Shown here one piece after another: positions 23,780 through 32,755 of a stretch of DNA of 38,219 nucleotides. The position numbers were made by a program, and so were the translations under genes. Origin of the DNA: a virus (lineage: Duplodnaviria > Caudoviricetes); the IMG/VR virus record IMGVR_UViG_3300033485_000045, positions 1 through 38,219 of that record; one strand, written 5' to 3'. Numbering within the stretch: position 1 is the first letter of the stretch; each line of letters begins with the position of its first letter. The notes below the pieces were generated by a model. The model saw only the letters and a program-made list of their open reading frames with translations, made no database searches and was not told the DNA's origin.

Positions 23780-24571
23780 ATGCAAGTCTTAGATAATGAC
23801 ACATTGCCAGTATCAGAAGCTAATTCCGACGTATATACCCAAATAGCTCGTGGCACTGTATCAGGGGCGACACCTTTTAGCGGTTATGGTCAGTATGTTT
23901 CAACGGGAACGACTACCAACCACGTTATATGGCCTGATGGTGTGTTTACATTGCCTCCTATTGGTGGCGTTCAAATGTCAATCGTATCGACTGGCGTAAA
24001 TGCGGCACAAGACAGCGCAAATGGTACTGGCATCCGAACTATGGATATTCATTACCTAGATGCTAACTTAGTCCCTCAAGTCGAAAACATTACCTTAAAT
24101 GGGTTAACTCCCGTTTTGACAGTAGCAACAAATATTCGCTTTATCCAATGTATGCACATCACAACCGTTGGCTCACTTAAAGCAGCAGCAGGTGTTATCA
24201 CTGCTACTAATTCGGCTGTTATCTATTCTCAAATTGATGCGGGTTCACGCCGTTGCTCTTCAACTGCTCGCATGGTTCCAGCTGGTAAGCGTTTATTTGT
24301 AGCAGGGGCAACGGGTGGCTCGATAAGCGGAACGGCTGCGGCTGGGGCTGTAATTAAAATAAGCGCAACGTATTTTGAGGGACACGACCTTACATCACAG
24401 ACTCTATTTATTCCATTTGGGTCTATCTCAATGCAGGATATGAGTGTAGCCTATACCTTCCCTATTCCAGCAGGGCCATTCCCAGCTGGTACAGTCGTAC
24501 TAATGGAAGTAACCGTTGATAAAGCCGCAATCATAACGGGCAACTGGTATGGATGGTTGGAGAACGCATGA
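23780..24571 (+). CDS. Uncharacterised beta-rich protein in the head module
   Basis: 263 aa, Gly/Thr/Ala-rich; IARG.V.G and D..NGTGIRT..I.YLD motif recalled from phage hypotheticals. Confidence 0.7.
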   Translation: MQVLDNDTLPVSEANSDVYTQIARGTVSGATPFSGYGQYVSTGTTTNHVIWPDGVFTLPPIGGVQMSIVSTGVNAAQDSANGTGIRTMDIHYLDANLVPQVENITLNGLTPVLTVATNIRFIQCMHITTVGSLKAAAGVITATNSAVIYSQIDAGSRRCSSTARMVPAGKRLFVAGATGGSISGTAAAGAVIKISATYFEGHDLTSQTLFIPFGSISMQDMSVAYTFPIPAGPFPAGTVVLMEVTVDKAAIITGNWYGWLENA

Positions 24572-25671
24572 CATATTACGGCACTAAGCTAAGCGATAAC
24601 ATTACCGAAACACCCGAAGGATTTTTAATCTGTCACGATGTTATTATCGCTCGTACAGGTACACAAGATTACGCACCGTTTGAAGTTCCCGTTAAATCGA
24701 AAACTAATATGGTGACTATTCACCGTGAAAAAGACGAAGTGTTGCACATTAACACTATCGCCTCATTTGAAGGTAAACCAGTTACAGCAGGACATCCCGA
24801 AGGATTTGTTACCCCTGATAACTGGAACGATTTGGCAATGGGGTTTGTAAAGAACGTCCGACCTCATGAGGAAGGAGAGGACGGCTATATAATGGCTGAC
24901 CTATACATCACGAACAGTAAAGCAATCCAAGCCGTTAGAGATGGATTAAGGGAGGTTTCATGCGGATATGAAGCCGATTACACCGACCTCGAAAACGGCG
25001 AAGGTAAGCAGACAAACATTTTAGGCAATCACGTTGCACTCGTACCGAAAGGACGATGTGGCGAAAAATGCTCAATTCAAGACGCTCAATCTCAACAAGG
25101 AGGGATTATGAATATTAAAGACAAAGTGATTGACGCACTATCTAAAATCTTTGACGCGGCTGAATCAGTCGAAGAAGAAGTTATTGGAGAAGATGCAGAA
25201 ATCGAAACGCCAGCAAGTGAAGCTAAAGAACTTGGCAAACTTGACGAACTTGGTGCGAAACTCGATCTATTGATTGAAGCTATCGGGAAGCTTGTGTCTC
25301 TTGAACAAAAAGAGGCAGAAGTCGAAGCTACAGAAATGGACACAGTGGAAGAAGTTGTTGTTGATAAGTGTGATGCGGCAGACGCTGACACTATCGCTCG
25401 TGCTGAAATCATCGCTCCGGGCATTGCTAAAGACGGTGACGTTAAAGCAAAAGCTATGGATGCGTTCAAGGGTACGGTAGAAGGTCAAGAGATCATCGGT
25501 TCGCTTCACGGTGTAACGGGTGATGCTCTTTTCGTTGCGGTTTCCGAATTGCTTAAAGCAAAACGTAATGCTACAATGATGCGACCTATGGGTGATTCAC
25601 TACCTAGCCAAAAGGCTACGGCTGAGGATTTAAACAAAAAGTATGCCGATTTTTGGGCTACTAAAAAATAA
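24568..25671 (+). CDS. Prohead protease/scaffold (DUF2213 family)
   Basis: TPEGFLIC, SFEGKPVT.GHP, EVSCGY and NHVALV..GRCG motifs; acidic C-terminal scaffold region; likely ATG 24568. Confidence 0.92.
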   Translation: MTYYGTKLSDNITETPEGFLICHDVIIARTGTQDYAPFEVPVKSKTNMVTIHREKDEVLHINTIASFEGKPVTAGHPEGFVTPDNWNDLAMGFVKNVRPHEEGEDGYIMADLYITNSKAIQAVRDGLREVSCGYEADYTDLENGEGKQTNILGNHVALVPKGRCGEKCSIQDAQSQQGGIMNIKDKVIDALSKIFDAAESVEEEVIGEDAEIETPASEAKELGKLDELGAKLDLLIEAIGKLVSLEQKEAEVEATEMDTVEEVVVDKCDAADADTIARAEIIAPGIAKDGDVKAKAMDAFKGTVEGQEIIGSLHGVTGDALFVAVSELLKAKRNATMMRPMGDSLPSQKATAEDLNKKYADFWATKK

Positions 25672-25680
25672 GGAGAGATA

Positions 25681-26433
25681 ATGGCTAATAGTTATACTTA
25701 TCGTATGCCTTCAGGTGTTGTCGGGTCTGTTACTCGTCCACTTGAAACGGCAGTCGAAAGCGTTTTTTTAAATGCTTCTAAACCCGTTCTATCATTCGGT
25801 GCGCCTATTAAATTGGTTAGCGGAAAAGCTGAACCACTAGAGGCAAGCGATGCCGCATCAGTCTTCTATGGTATCTTAGGTCGTGTTGCACCTTCAATCG
25901 GTGGAAGCACAGCTCAACTATTCACAAGTCAATTACCAAACACTGATTCAGTTCAGGGAATTGTTACTCGTGGATATGTAAACGTAGCTTGTGCTATTGG
26001 AACGCCTGTTCGTGGTGGACAAGTTTACGCTCGTGTCGTTGCTGATACCGGCAAACTTGTAGGTGACATCGAAGCAACTGCGGACGTGGTAGTTGTTGGC
26101 GGTACAATCACAGGTACAGGTACAGGTACAATCGCGGCAACTGTAACAAGTGCGGCAATCGTTGGAACATGGTCTTTGAAGTTACAAACAACTTCCCAAA
26201 CTTCTTTGGTGACTGTAATCGACCCTCTTGGAGTTCGTCATCTTGACGCAACAGTAGGAACAGCTTACACAAGCGGTGGCTTGACTTTCACTATTACGGC
26301 GGCAGGAACAATGACAGCGGGTGATTCATTCGCGCCAGTGGTTACAGCTAAAAACGTGGCTCTTTCAAATGTTGTTTGGGCAGTAGACGGCAAAGACGGT
26401 TCTAATAACACCGAAATCCGAATCAAAGCATAA
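25681..26433 (+). CDS. Capsid cement/decoration protein with an inserted Thr/Gly-rich domain
   Basis: YRMP.G..G..TR and RGYVNV...G.VY.RV motifs; lies before the major capsid gene; about 90-aa beta-rich insert. Confidence 0.75.
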   Translation: MANSYTYRMPSGVVGSVTRPLETAVESVFLNASKPVLSFGAPIKLVSGKAEPLEASDAASVFYGILGRVAPSIGGSTAQLFTSQLPNTDSVQGIVTRGYVNVACAIGTPVRGGQVYARVVADTGKLVGDIEATADVVVVGGTITGTGTGTIAATVTSAAIVGTWSLKLQTTSQTSLVTVIDPLGVRHLDATVGTAYTSGGLTFTITAAGTMTAGDSFAPVVTAKNVALSNVVWAVDGKDGSNNTEIRIKA

Positions 26434-26442
26434 GGGGAACAC

Positions 26443-27408
26443 ATGGCAATTACTATGGATAGCTCATTAGCGTATTTCGTTAATCAGCTGGATAACTTCG
26501 ACCGTACAATTCACGAGCCGCTTTATAGCGTAACGTGGAGCCGTGACATTAAGTTGCGTTCAGGCATTACAATGGCGAATGAGTCTACATCATTCACACG
26601 TACCTCTTATGGTTCAACTGGTGGAATGTCAGCGGGTAGTAACACTCTTGGCGGTGGTAAATCATTTATCGCTCCAAACAGCACTACTCTTGCAGGTATT
26701 GACGTAAACGGTGAACGTGTTGTTAAAGCACTTCGTCTTTGGGGTCAAGAAGTTGGCTACTCAAACGTAGAGCTTGAGCGTTCACAAATGATTGGACAGC
26801 CTCTTGATGTTTCTAAGTATCAAGGTATGACTATCAAGTATAACATGGACATTGACGAATCGGTTTATATCGGTGACATTGACCAAGGGTACAAAGGTCT
26901 TTTGAACAGTGCGGAAGTAACTGCGGCTAACGTAGCGACTAAAGCGGCAACAGGTACAATTTGGATCGGTAACGCTACTCCTGACGAAATCCTTGAGGAC
27001 GTAAATACTATGTTGGAAGCGGCATGGGCGGCAACTGGCTATTCTGTTTGTCCTTCTGAACTTCGTTTGCCTCCTGCTCAGTTCGCGTACATTTCTTCAC
27101 AGAAAGTAAGCACAGCTGGTAACGTGTCAATCTTGACATTCTTGGAAGATAACTCATTGAGCCTTCGCATCAATGGTACTAAGTTGAATATTCAGCCACT
27201 CAAATGGTTGACTGGTCGCGGTGTGTCAAGCGTTGATCGTATGATGTGTTATTCAAACAATGATATGTATGTTCGTTACCCATTGGTTCCGATTCGTCGC
27301 GAAACTGCATACTATCATGGCATCCGCTTTGCCGCTCCTTATATCTCAGCATTCGGGGAACTTGAATTTGTTTACCCTGAAACTGTTAGATATGGGGATG
27401 GAATATAG
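26443..27408 (+). CDS. Major capsid protein (DUF2184/encapsulin-like HK97 fold)
   Basis: EPL.SVTW.RDI.LR, ELE..Q..G.PLD, DE.VYIGD...GLLN and E.VYPET..Y.DGI motifs. Confidence 0.92.
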   Translation: MAITMDSSLAYFVNQLDNFDRTIHEPLYSVTWSRDIKLRSGITMANESTSFTRTSYGSTGGMSAGSNTLGGGKSFIAPNSTTLAGIDVNGERVVKALRLWGQEVGYSNVELERSQMIGQPLDVSKYQGMTIKYNMDIDESVYIGDIDQGYKGLLNSAEVTAANVATKAATGTIWIGNATPDEILEDVNTMLEAAWAATGYSVCPSELRLPPAQFAYISSQKVSTAGNVSILTFLEDNSLSLRINGTKLNIQPLKWLTGRGVSSVDRMMCYSNNDMYVRYPLVPIRRETAYYHGIRFAAPYISAFGELEFVYPETVRYGDGI

Positions 27409-27409
27409 T

Positions 27410-27661
27410 ATGATCGCTAACTTTAAAGGGTCGTTCACTATCGACGGAGTAACTTTCTCCGCAGGTGAACATATCCTTAACAAAGAGCAATCTAACCACT
27501 GGTACGTCCAAGGACTTATCAGTGACGGGCTTGTAGAAGTCATACAAAACGACATCGAAGCGGAAGTTGTCGAAGAAGTAGTTGCCCAAAAGGAAGCCCC
27601 ACAAGTTGAGGCAGTCGAAGAAGTAGTTACGGAAATTAAAACACGCAGAAAACGAGGATAA
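27410..27661 (+). CDS. Small head-associated protein (STY1053-like)
   Basis: ATG 27410 just after the capsid stop; F..G.H......HWYV motif, acidic linker and basic tail. Confidence 0.65.
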   Translation: MIANFKGSFTIDGVTFSAGEHILNKEQSNHWYVQGLISDGLVEVIQNDIEAEVVEEVVAQKEAPQVEAVEEVVTEIKTRRKRG

Positions 27662-27662
27662 T

Positions 27663-28022
27663 ATGACTATCGCAACATTTCGTCTTAACTTTCCACTATT
27701 CGCGGATACCGTAAAATATCCCGAGGCTATGGTTACCTTTTGGAGTACCATTGCAGAGGGACAAGTGGCATTAGACAGATGGGGCGATATTCGTACTCAA
27801 GCGGTTGAGCTTTATACGGCTCACCACCTCATAATCGCAGCGGATGGTAACATTGGAAAACAAACGGGGATACAATCGAATAAATCCGTTGGGGATGTTA
27901 GCGTCGGCTACGATACACAGTTAAGCGGTGAATTAAACGCGGGGCATTGGAATTTAACCACATACGGCAAACTCTTTATCCGTTTAGCGCGAATGTATGG
28001 CGCAGGGTGTATTCAATTATGA
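27663..28022 (+). CDS. Head-tail adaptor (DUF4054 family)
   Basis: FR..FP.FAD..KYP, LYTAH, SVGDVSV.YD and WNLT.YG motifs. Confidence 0.88.
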   Translation: MTIATFRLNFPLFADTVKYPEAMVTFWSTIAEGQVALDRWGDIRTQAVELYTAHHLIIAADGNIGKQTGIQSNKSVGDVSVGYDTQLSGELNAGHWNLTTYGKLFIRLARMYGAGCIQL

Positions 28023-28492
28023 GTTTCAAAGTGATAACCGATAAAGTCGCGGGAGTTCTAAAAAATATCAAGCAGATAGAAAACGCTCGTGTCTTAGTCG
28101 GTATCCCAAAAGAAGAGAACGCACGAAGCGATGATCCGATGGGTAACGCTGGTATAGGTTATATTCAAGAGATTGGAAGCCCTGCACAAAATATACCCGC
28201 TCGTCCTTTTCTTATCCCCGGTGTTAAAGCCATCGAGGACAAAGCCGCCGACATTCTAAAAGATGGAGCGTCTAAGGTTCTCGAAAATGGAACTATGACG
28301 GCACACCTTACTAAGGCTGGAATTATTGCATCAAACAGTGTAAAAGATACTATCACAAAAGGCGAAGGGTTTGAACCGCTCGCAGAGTCTACAATCAAAG
28401 CACGACAACGCAAAGGCTTTAAAGGTACTAAGCCACTGATTAGAACGGGACAGCTCCGTAACTCAATCACTTATATCGTGAAGGAGGCATAA
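28019..28492 (+). CDS. Neck / tail-completion protein
   Basis: VLVGIP, NIPARPFL.PG, PLA.STI..R and KPLI.TGQLR.SITY motifs; ATG 28019. Confidence 0.8.
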   Translation: MSFKVITDKVAGVLKNIKQIENARVLVGIPKEENARSDDPMGNAGIGYIQEIGSPAQNIPARPFLIPGVKAIEDKAADILKDGASKVLENGTMTAHLTKAGIIASNSVKDTITKGEGFEPLAESTIKARQRKGFKGTKPLIRTGQLRNSITYIVKEA

Positions 28493-28857
28493 TGGCACTC
28501 ATTGACGTATCGGAGTTAATGACCGATCCTGACTTTACTAATACAATATCATTGACCCGCCGCACTCAAACGATCAGCGATTATGGCGAAACAACATTAA
28601 CGGGAACAGCTACTAATATGACGGCAATCGTCCAAGCTGGAAGCGGTGAGGTATTGAAACGAAATCCTGAATACTCCATAATGGAAGATTGGATAACCAT
28701 CTATGCTAAGTTTGATTTTAGAGCAGATGGAAACGGATACTATTCCGACCTTATCACATGGAATAGCCGTAACTTTCAAGTTAAAAGCGTAACAGACTTT
28801 ATGAATTGGGGCGAAGGGTACACTCGTGCCGATTGTCTTATTGAAGGAGCGATTTAA
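28492..28857 (+). CDS. Head-closure protein
   Basis: IDVSE...DPDF, D.ITW and WG.GY motifs; synteny. Confidence 0.7.
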   Translation: MALIDVSELMTDPDFTNTISLTRRTQTISDYGETTLTGTATNMTAIVQAGSGEVLKRNPEYSIMEDWITIYAKFDFRADGNGYYSDLITWNSRNFQVKSVTDFMNWGEGYTRADCLIEGAI

Positions 28858-29429
28858 TGGCTGACTCATCCACTGGCGGTTATTTAGTACCAACCGAAAC
28901 CGCTTTAAATGTAGAACAATTTTTCCATGATCTGATTATGAATCTTACTGGGCTTGATAAATTATTAATACGTAGAAGATGGCAGCCTAAAGCGCCAATA
29001 ATGCCTTCTAGCAACACAGGTTGGTGTGCATTTGGTGTGACTGAATTAGAAAGTGACGACACGGCATACCTCAGCAAAAATGCAGTGAATACGGCTGACA
29101 TTATCCGTCACGAAAAATACTCGGTGCTTTGTTCGTTTTATGGTACTAATGCTCGTGATTATGTTCGTAAAATGCGTGACGGCTTAGAGATAGGACAAAA
29201 CCGTGAAGTGCTATTTTTAAACAACTTCGGGTATATCACTTGCACACCCGCTACTCATGCGCCTGAATTGATAAATGATATTTGGAATGACCGTTACGAC
29301 ATTGAATTTCAATTTGCCCGACAAATAGGTATCAGCTACAATATTAAGGATATTGCGTATGCAGGGGTCTATCCTATTATGGACGGGCTTATAAATACTG
29401 ACACGATAACAGTCGTATCAAACTCATAA
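28857..29429 (+). CDS. Tail terminator / neck protein
   Basis: DSSTGGYL.P, R.RWQP, WCAFGV and RDGL.I.QNR motifs; precedes the sheath gene. Confidence 0.75.
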   Translation: MADSSTGGYLVPTETALNVEQFFHDLIMNLTGLDKLLIRRRWQPKAPIMPSSNTGWCAFGVTELESDDTAYLSKNAVNTADIIRHEKYSVLCSFYGTNARDYVRKMRDGLEIGQNREVLFLNNFGYITCTPATHAPELINDIWNDRYDIEFQFARQIGISYNIKDIAYAGVYPIMDGLINTDTITVVSNS

Positions 29430-29441
29430 AAAGGAAATAAC

Positions 29442-30914
29442 ATGGCACTTTCAGTCAGCCGATTGGTTAATGTAACAATCAATCTTTCTCCATTAGCGGC
29501 ACAACGTCGTTCTTTTGGTATTCTAATGATCGCGGGGGATAGCGACGTTATCGACGGTTCAGAGCGTTATCGTTCATACACCGATATCGAAAGCATTGCG
29601 ACAGATTTTGGAACGTCAGCAAGTGAATATTTAGCCGCGTCTTTATATTTTGCACAATCTCCAAAACCTGCTAATTTGATGATTGGACGTTGGTTGCGTA
29701 CTGCTACCGCTGGATTCGTTAAAGGGGCAACGCTTACAACCGCTCAACAATCAATGGCGGTATGGACTGCTATTACTACGGGGTCAATGAAGATCACTAT
29801 CGACGGTGTACTTAAAACACTTACGGCTTTGGACTTCTCAGCTCAAACAACCCTTAACGGTGTTGCAACGGTTATCACTACTGCATTATCAGCGGCGGGA
29901 ACTTGTACGTGGGATGGCTCACGCTTTAAAATCACTTCGGCAACGACTGGCATATTGTCAATCGTTACTTTTGCTGAACCAACTGGATCGGGAGCTGATA
30001 TTTCAGTGCTTCTAAAACTCACTGCGGCAACTGCAACGGGTGTGGTCGGTGGATATGCGGCTGAAACTCCTGTCGCTTGTGCAACTGCTTTAGCAAACGT
30101 AAGCGCGGCATGGTACGGCTTAACATTCGCGGCGGCAACTATGCCTACTGATGATCAATCGGTCGATGTAGCGGCGGCGGTTGAAGCGTTTAGTGTTTCT
30201 CGTATCTTCGGGGTAACTGCCACAAGCACAACCGTCCTTGATTCAACGGTAACAACTGATATCGCATCACGGCTCAAAACATTACTTTATAAGCGTTCAT
30301 TTGTTGTTTACAGTGCTAATGCTTTCGCGGTGTGTTCAATGTTCGGGCGTGCGTTCTCGGTAAACTTTGCCGCCAATCGCTCAACACTGACTTTGATGTA
30401 TAAAACAATGCCGGGCGTAGTCGCTGAAACACTTACAGAAACACAAGCACAAGTCCTCGCTGATAAACGCTGTAACGTCTATGTGAATTACAATAACGAT
30501 ACCGCGATTATTCAATACGGTGTTATGAGTGGTCAAGCGTATTTCGACGAAATGCACGGGCTTGATTGGTTTCAAGATGGCGTACAAAATGCTTGTTACA
30601 ACTTGCTTTATCAATCAGCTACAAAAATCCCTCAAACAGATGCGGGCGCGAATCAACTTGTAACGGTTGTGTCGGCTGTTTGTGAAGAAGCTATTAATAA
30701 CGGATTGGTCGCGGGTGGCCAGTGGAACACTAGCGGATTTGGTCAGCTAAAAATGGGGCAATACCTCAAAGAAGGCTATTATATTTATATGCCTCCTATG
30801 GCACTACAAGCACAAGCAGACCGCGAAGCTCGTAAAGCTCCACCAATGCAAGTCGCTCTCAAGCTCGCAGGGGCTATCCACACCATCGACGTTATCGTCA
30901 ACGTGAACCGCTAA
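29442..30914 (+). CDS. Contractile tail sheath protein (DUF3383)
   Basis: 490 aa; DFG....EY.AA..YF.Q.P.P..L.IGRW, KIPQTD.G and KLAGAIH motifs. Confidence 0.92.
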   Translation: MALSVSRLVNVTINLSPLAAQRRSFGILMIAGDSDVIDGSERYRSYTDIESIATDFGTSASEYLAASLYFAQSPKPANLMIGRWLRTATAGFVKGATLTTAQQSMAVWTAITTGSMKITIDGVLKTLTALDFSAQTTLNGVATVITTALSAAGTCTWDGSRFKITSATTGILSIVTFAEPTGSGADISVLLKLTAATATGVVGGYAAETPVACATALANVSAAWYGLTFAAATMPTDDQSVDVAAAVEAFSVSRIFGVTATSTTVLDSTVTTDIASRLKTLLYKRSFVVYSANAFAVCSMFGRAFSVNFAANRSTLTLMYKTMPGVVAETLTETQAQVLADKRCNVYVNYNNDTAIIQYGVMSGQAYFDEMHGLDWFQDGVQNACYNLLYQSATKIPQTDAGANQLVTVVSAVCEEAINNGLVAGGQWNTSGFGQLKMGQYLKEGYYIYMPPMALQAQADREARKAPPMQVALKLAGAIHTIDVIVNVNR

Positions 30915-31582
30915 GAGAAATTCTTAGTGTGTTCAAAATCATTTTCAATAACATATCTATCATAGGCAAGTGCGGCAGTTCTTGGGTTATCAAAAAAACC
31001 TAGATGTTTTTGCACCCTTTGAATCTGTATCTTGGCTTGATATTTATCTTTTTGAGTATTAAAAAACACTCCTTTGTACCCGCTTGAATTATTTTTTCTA
31101 ATCCTCTTTATGTTTTGAGATTGTATTGTTTTAGTTGACCATCTACAATTCGATGGCTCATAGTTTCCATCGTTATCTCGCCTGTCTAATGTCAGCCCTT
31201 CCTTAAAAGATGGATACATATCTTCAATGAAGTTGTTAATGTCTTTCCACCTATCACAAACTGTAATACCGCGTCCTCCATAACTTTCATATTTATGGTT
31301 TTTTATATTGAAACATCTCCTAATCATTGCATCCCATGTTGGATATAATCTATGATAAGATAATGAGTGTGTAACAGTTCTTTCTTTTGTCTTTAATTTA
31401 TTATAACATCCACACGATTGCGTATACCCATATTTAACAGATTGTATAACACATTCAAATTCAGCGCCACATGAACACTTATAAAGTCCATATCTTCTTT
31501 TTTGCAATGAAGTTGGTTTTGTATATCTCATCCCCAAATCTTCGATTAACACTGGTGCTGATATTTCTTGATTGTTTAACAT
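30911..31582 (-). mobile_element. Free-standing HNH homing endonuclease with C-terminal AP2 domain
   Basis: KCSCG, SCGC, M..RC, YGGRGI.VC.RW, TLDR.DNDGNYEPSNCRW, then NSSGYKGV...KHLG.F...AA.AYD; antiparallel and visibly AT-richer than the flanking tail genes. Confidence 0.92.
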
Positions 31583-31589
31583 TGTAAGA

Positions 31590-31645
31590 CCCCCGTCTTA
31601 TGAAATTTGATTGAGGATGGACGGGGGAGTGCATCCCCTATCAAA
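31590..31645 (-). promoter_or_regulatory. Pseudoknot/hairpin in the HNH 5' UTR covering the RBS
   Basis: Stem 31632-45/31606-19; loop segment cccccgtc is complementary to gacggggg located 7 nt before the ATG. Confidence 0.6.
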
Positions 31646-31660
31646 GCCCATAACAATAAC

Positions 31661-31689
31661 ATTATAATTGATTTTGCTTTAAATATCAA
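31661..31689 (-). promoter_or_regulatory. HNH promoter TTGATA-N17-TATAAT
   Basis: Near-consensus boxes with correct spacing. Confidence 0.7.
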
Positions 31690-31702
31690 TAGGTGCTAAA
31701 AT
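31674..31702 (+). promoter_or_regulatory. Tail-tube promoter TTGCTT-N17-TAAAAT (extended -10)
   Basis: Correct spacing and TGn; overlaps the HNH promoter divergently. Confidence 0.6.
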
Positions 31703-31737
31703 ATCCGTATCTTAAAATAAAAATAATGGAGTATCAC

Positions 31738-32190
31738 ATGGCTACATATAGCTTTTTGGATGTAACTGCCGCTATGAGCGGTGCTGGGGGGAATATCAAC
31801 CTTGGAGCTGGAAGTGCCGTTTCTGAAGAGGGTATCACCGTTGAAGCGGTAGAAGACAAGTCTGTAATGACTATCGGAGCAGACGGAGCGGGTATGCACT
31901 CGCTTATCGCGTCCGAAGCTTCCACTGTGACTATCCGTCTTTTAAAGACTTCACCTGTAAACAATCAGCTTCATGAGATGTATAAACAAAACACAATCTC
32001 ATCAGCTAATCACGGAGCGAATACAATTACAATCCGTAACGCGGCAACAGGTGACAATATCACTCTTCAACAAGTGGCATTTAAAAAGCGTCCGACAATC
32101 ACCTACGCCAAAGAGGGTGGAATGAACGAATGGACGTTTGACGCGGTTAAAACCGAAATGACACTCGGTGTCGGAACTCCTGAGGCGTAA
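31738..32190 (+). CDS. Tail tube protein (DUF3277 family)
   Basis: MATYSFLDV, EEGITV, MTIGADG.GMHSL and LLKTSP.N motifs; ATG 31738 after GGAG. Confidence 0.88.
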   Translation: MATYSFLDVTAAMSGAGGNINLGAGSAVSEEGITVEAVEDKSVMTIGADGAGMHSLIASEASTVTIRLLKTSPVNNQLHEMYKQNTISSANHGANTITIRNAATGDNITLQQVAFKKRPTITYAKEGGMNEWTFDAVKTEMTLGVGTPEA

Positions 32191-32192
32191 GC

Positions 32193-32579
32193 ATGGATTT
32201 TGTAATTAACGGGGTGAGCTATAAGGCTTCAAAACTCCCCGCCATGAAACAATTCCATATCGTCCGTCGTGTCGCTCCTCTCCTCGCTGGAATGGCTGAT
32301 AAAGACAAAGCACTCGAAGGAATTATGAACGGTATCGGATCATTGAAAGATGAAGATGCAAACTATATTCTCTTTGGCTTATTGTCATGTGTTGAGCGTG
32401 AACAAGTCGGTCACGGTTGGGCGAAAGTTTGCCCGGGCGAATCTCTAATGTTCCAAGATATTGACCTCGCGGTAATGTTCCAAATTGCTACTAAAGCATT
32501 TCAGGAGAATTACAGCGGTTTTTTGGACGGAATGGGGTCACATTTGAACCTCGACAGCCTGAAACAAAACGCTCAGTAA
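32193..32579 (+). CDS. Tail assembly chaperone
   Basis: KL.AM.QFHI.RR and LMFQDIDL motifs; lies between tube and tape measure genes. Confidence 0.82.
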   Translation: MDFVINGVSYKASKLPAMKQFHIVRRVAPLLAGMADKDKALEGIMNGIGSLKDEDANYILFGLLSCVEREQVGHGWAKVCPGESLMFQDIDLAVMFQIATKAFQENYSGFLDGMGSHLNLDSLKQNAQ

Positions 32580-32755
32580 CTTGGGTATCCCTTCCCGATG
32601 GGGAGGACTGGATTTTACGTCCAGTTATGCACGGACTTATTAAATATGAGAGCCTTATAGACGGCACACTTTCTATCGAGGACGTGGCTTTACTAAATGA
32701 GGCGCTTACGGTAAAATTTGAAAACGAAGAACGATTTAAGGAGGCTTGTGAATGA
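32519..32755 (+). CDS. -1 frameshift extension of the tail chaperone (gpGT-like)
   Basis: Slippery T TTT TTG at 32519-32525; -1 frame open to TGA 32753-55, encoding ...LPDGEDWILRPVMHGLIKYESLIDGTLSIEDVALLNEAL.... Confidence 0.75.
   Translation, partial: FFGRNGVTFEPRQPETKRSVTWVSLPDGEDWILRPVMHGLIKYESLIDGTLSIEDVALLNEALTVKFENEERFKEACE

Noticed and set aside
30911-31737. Group I intron hosting the HNH gene
   Set aside because: Sheath and tube genes are each intact and the HNH lies between them on the opposite strand, with no room for an intron core.
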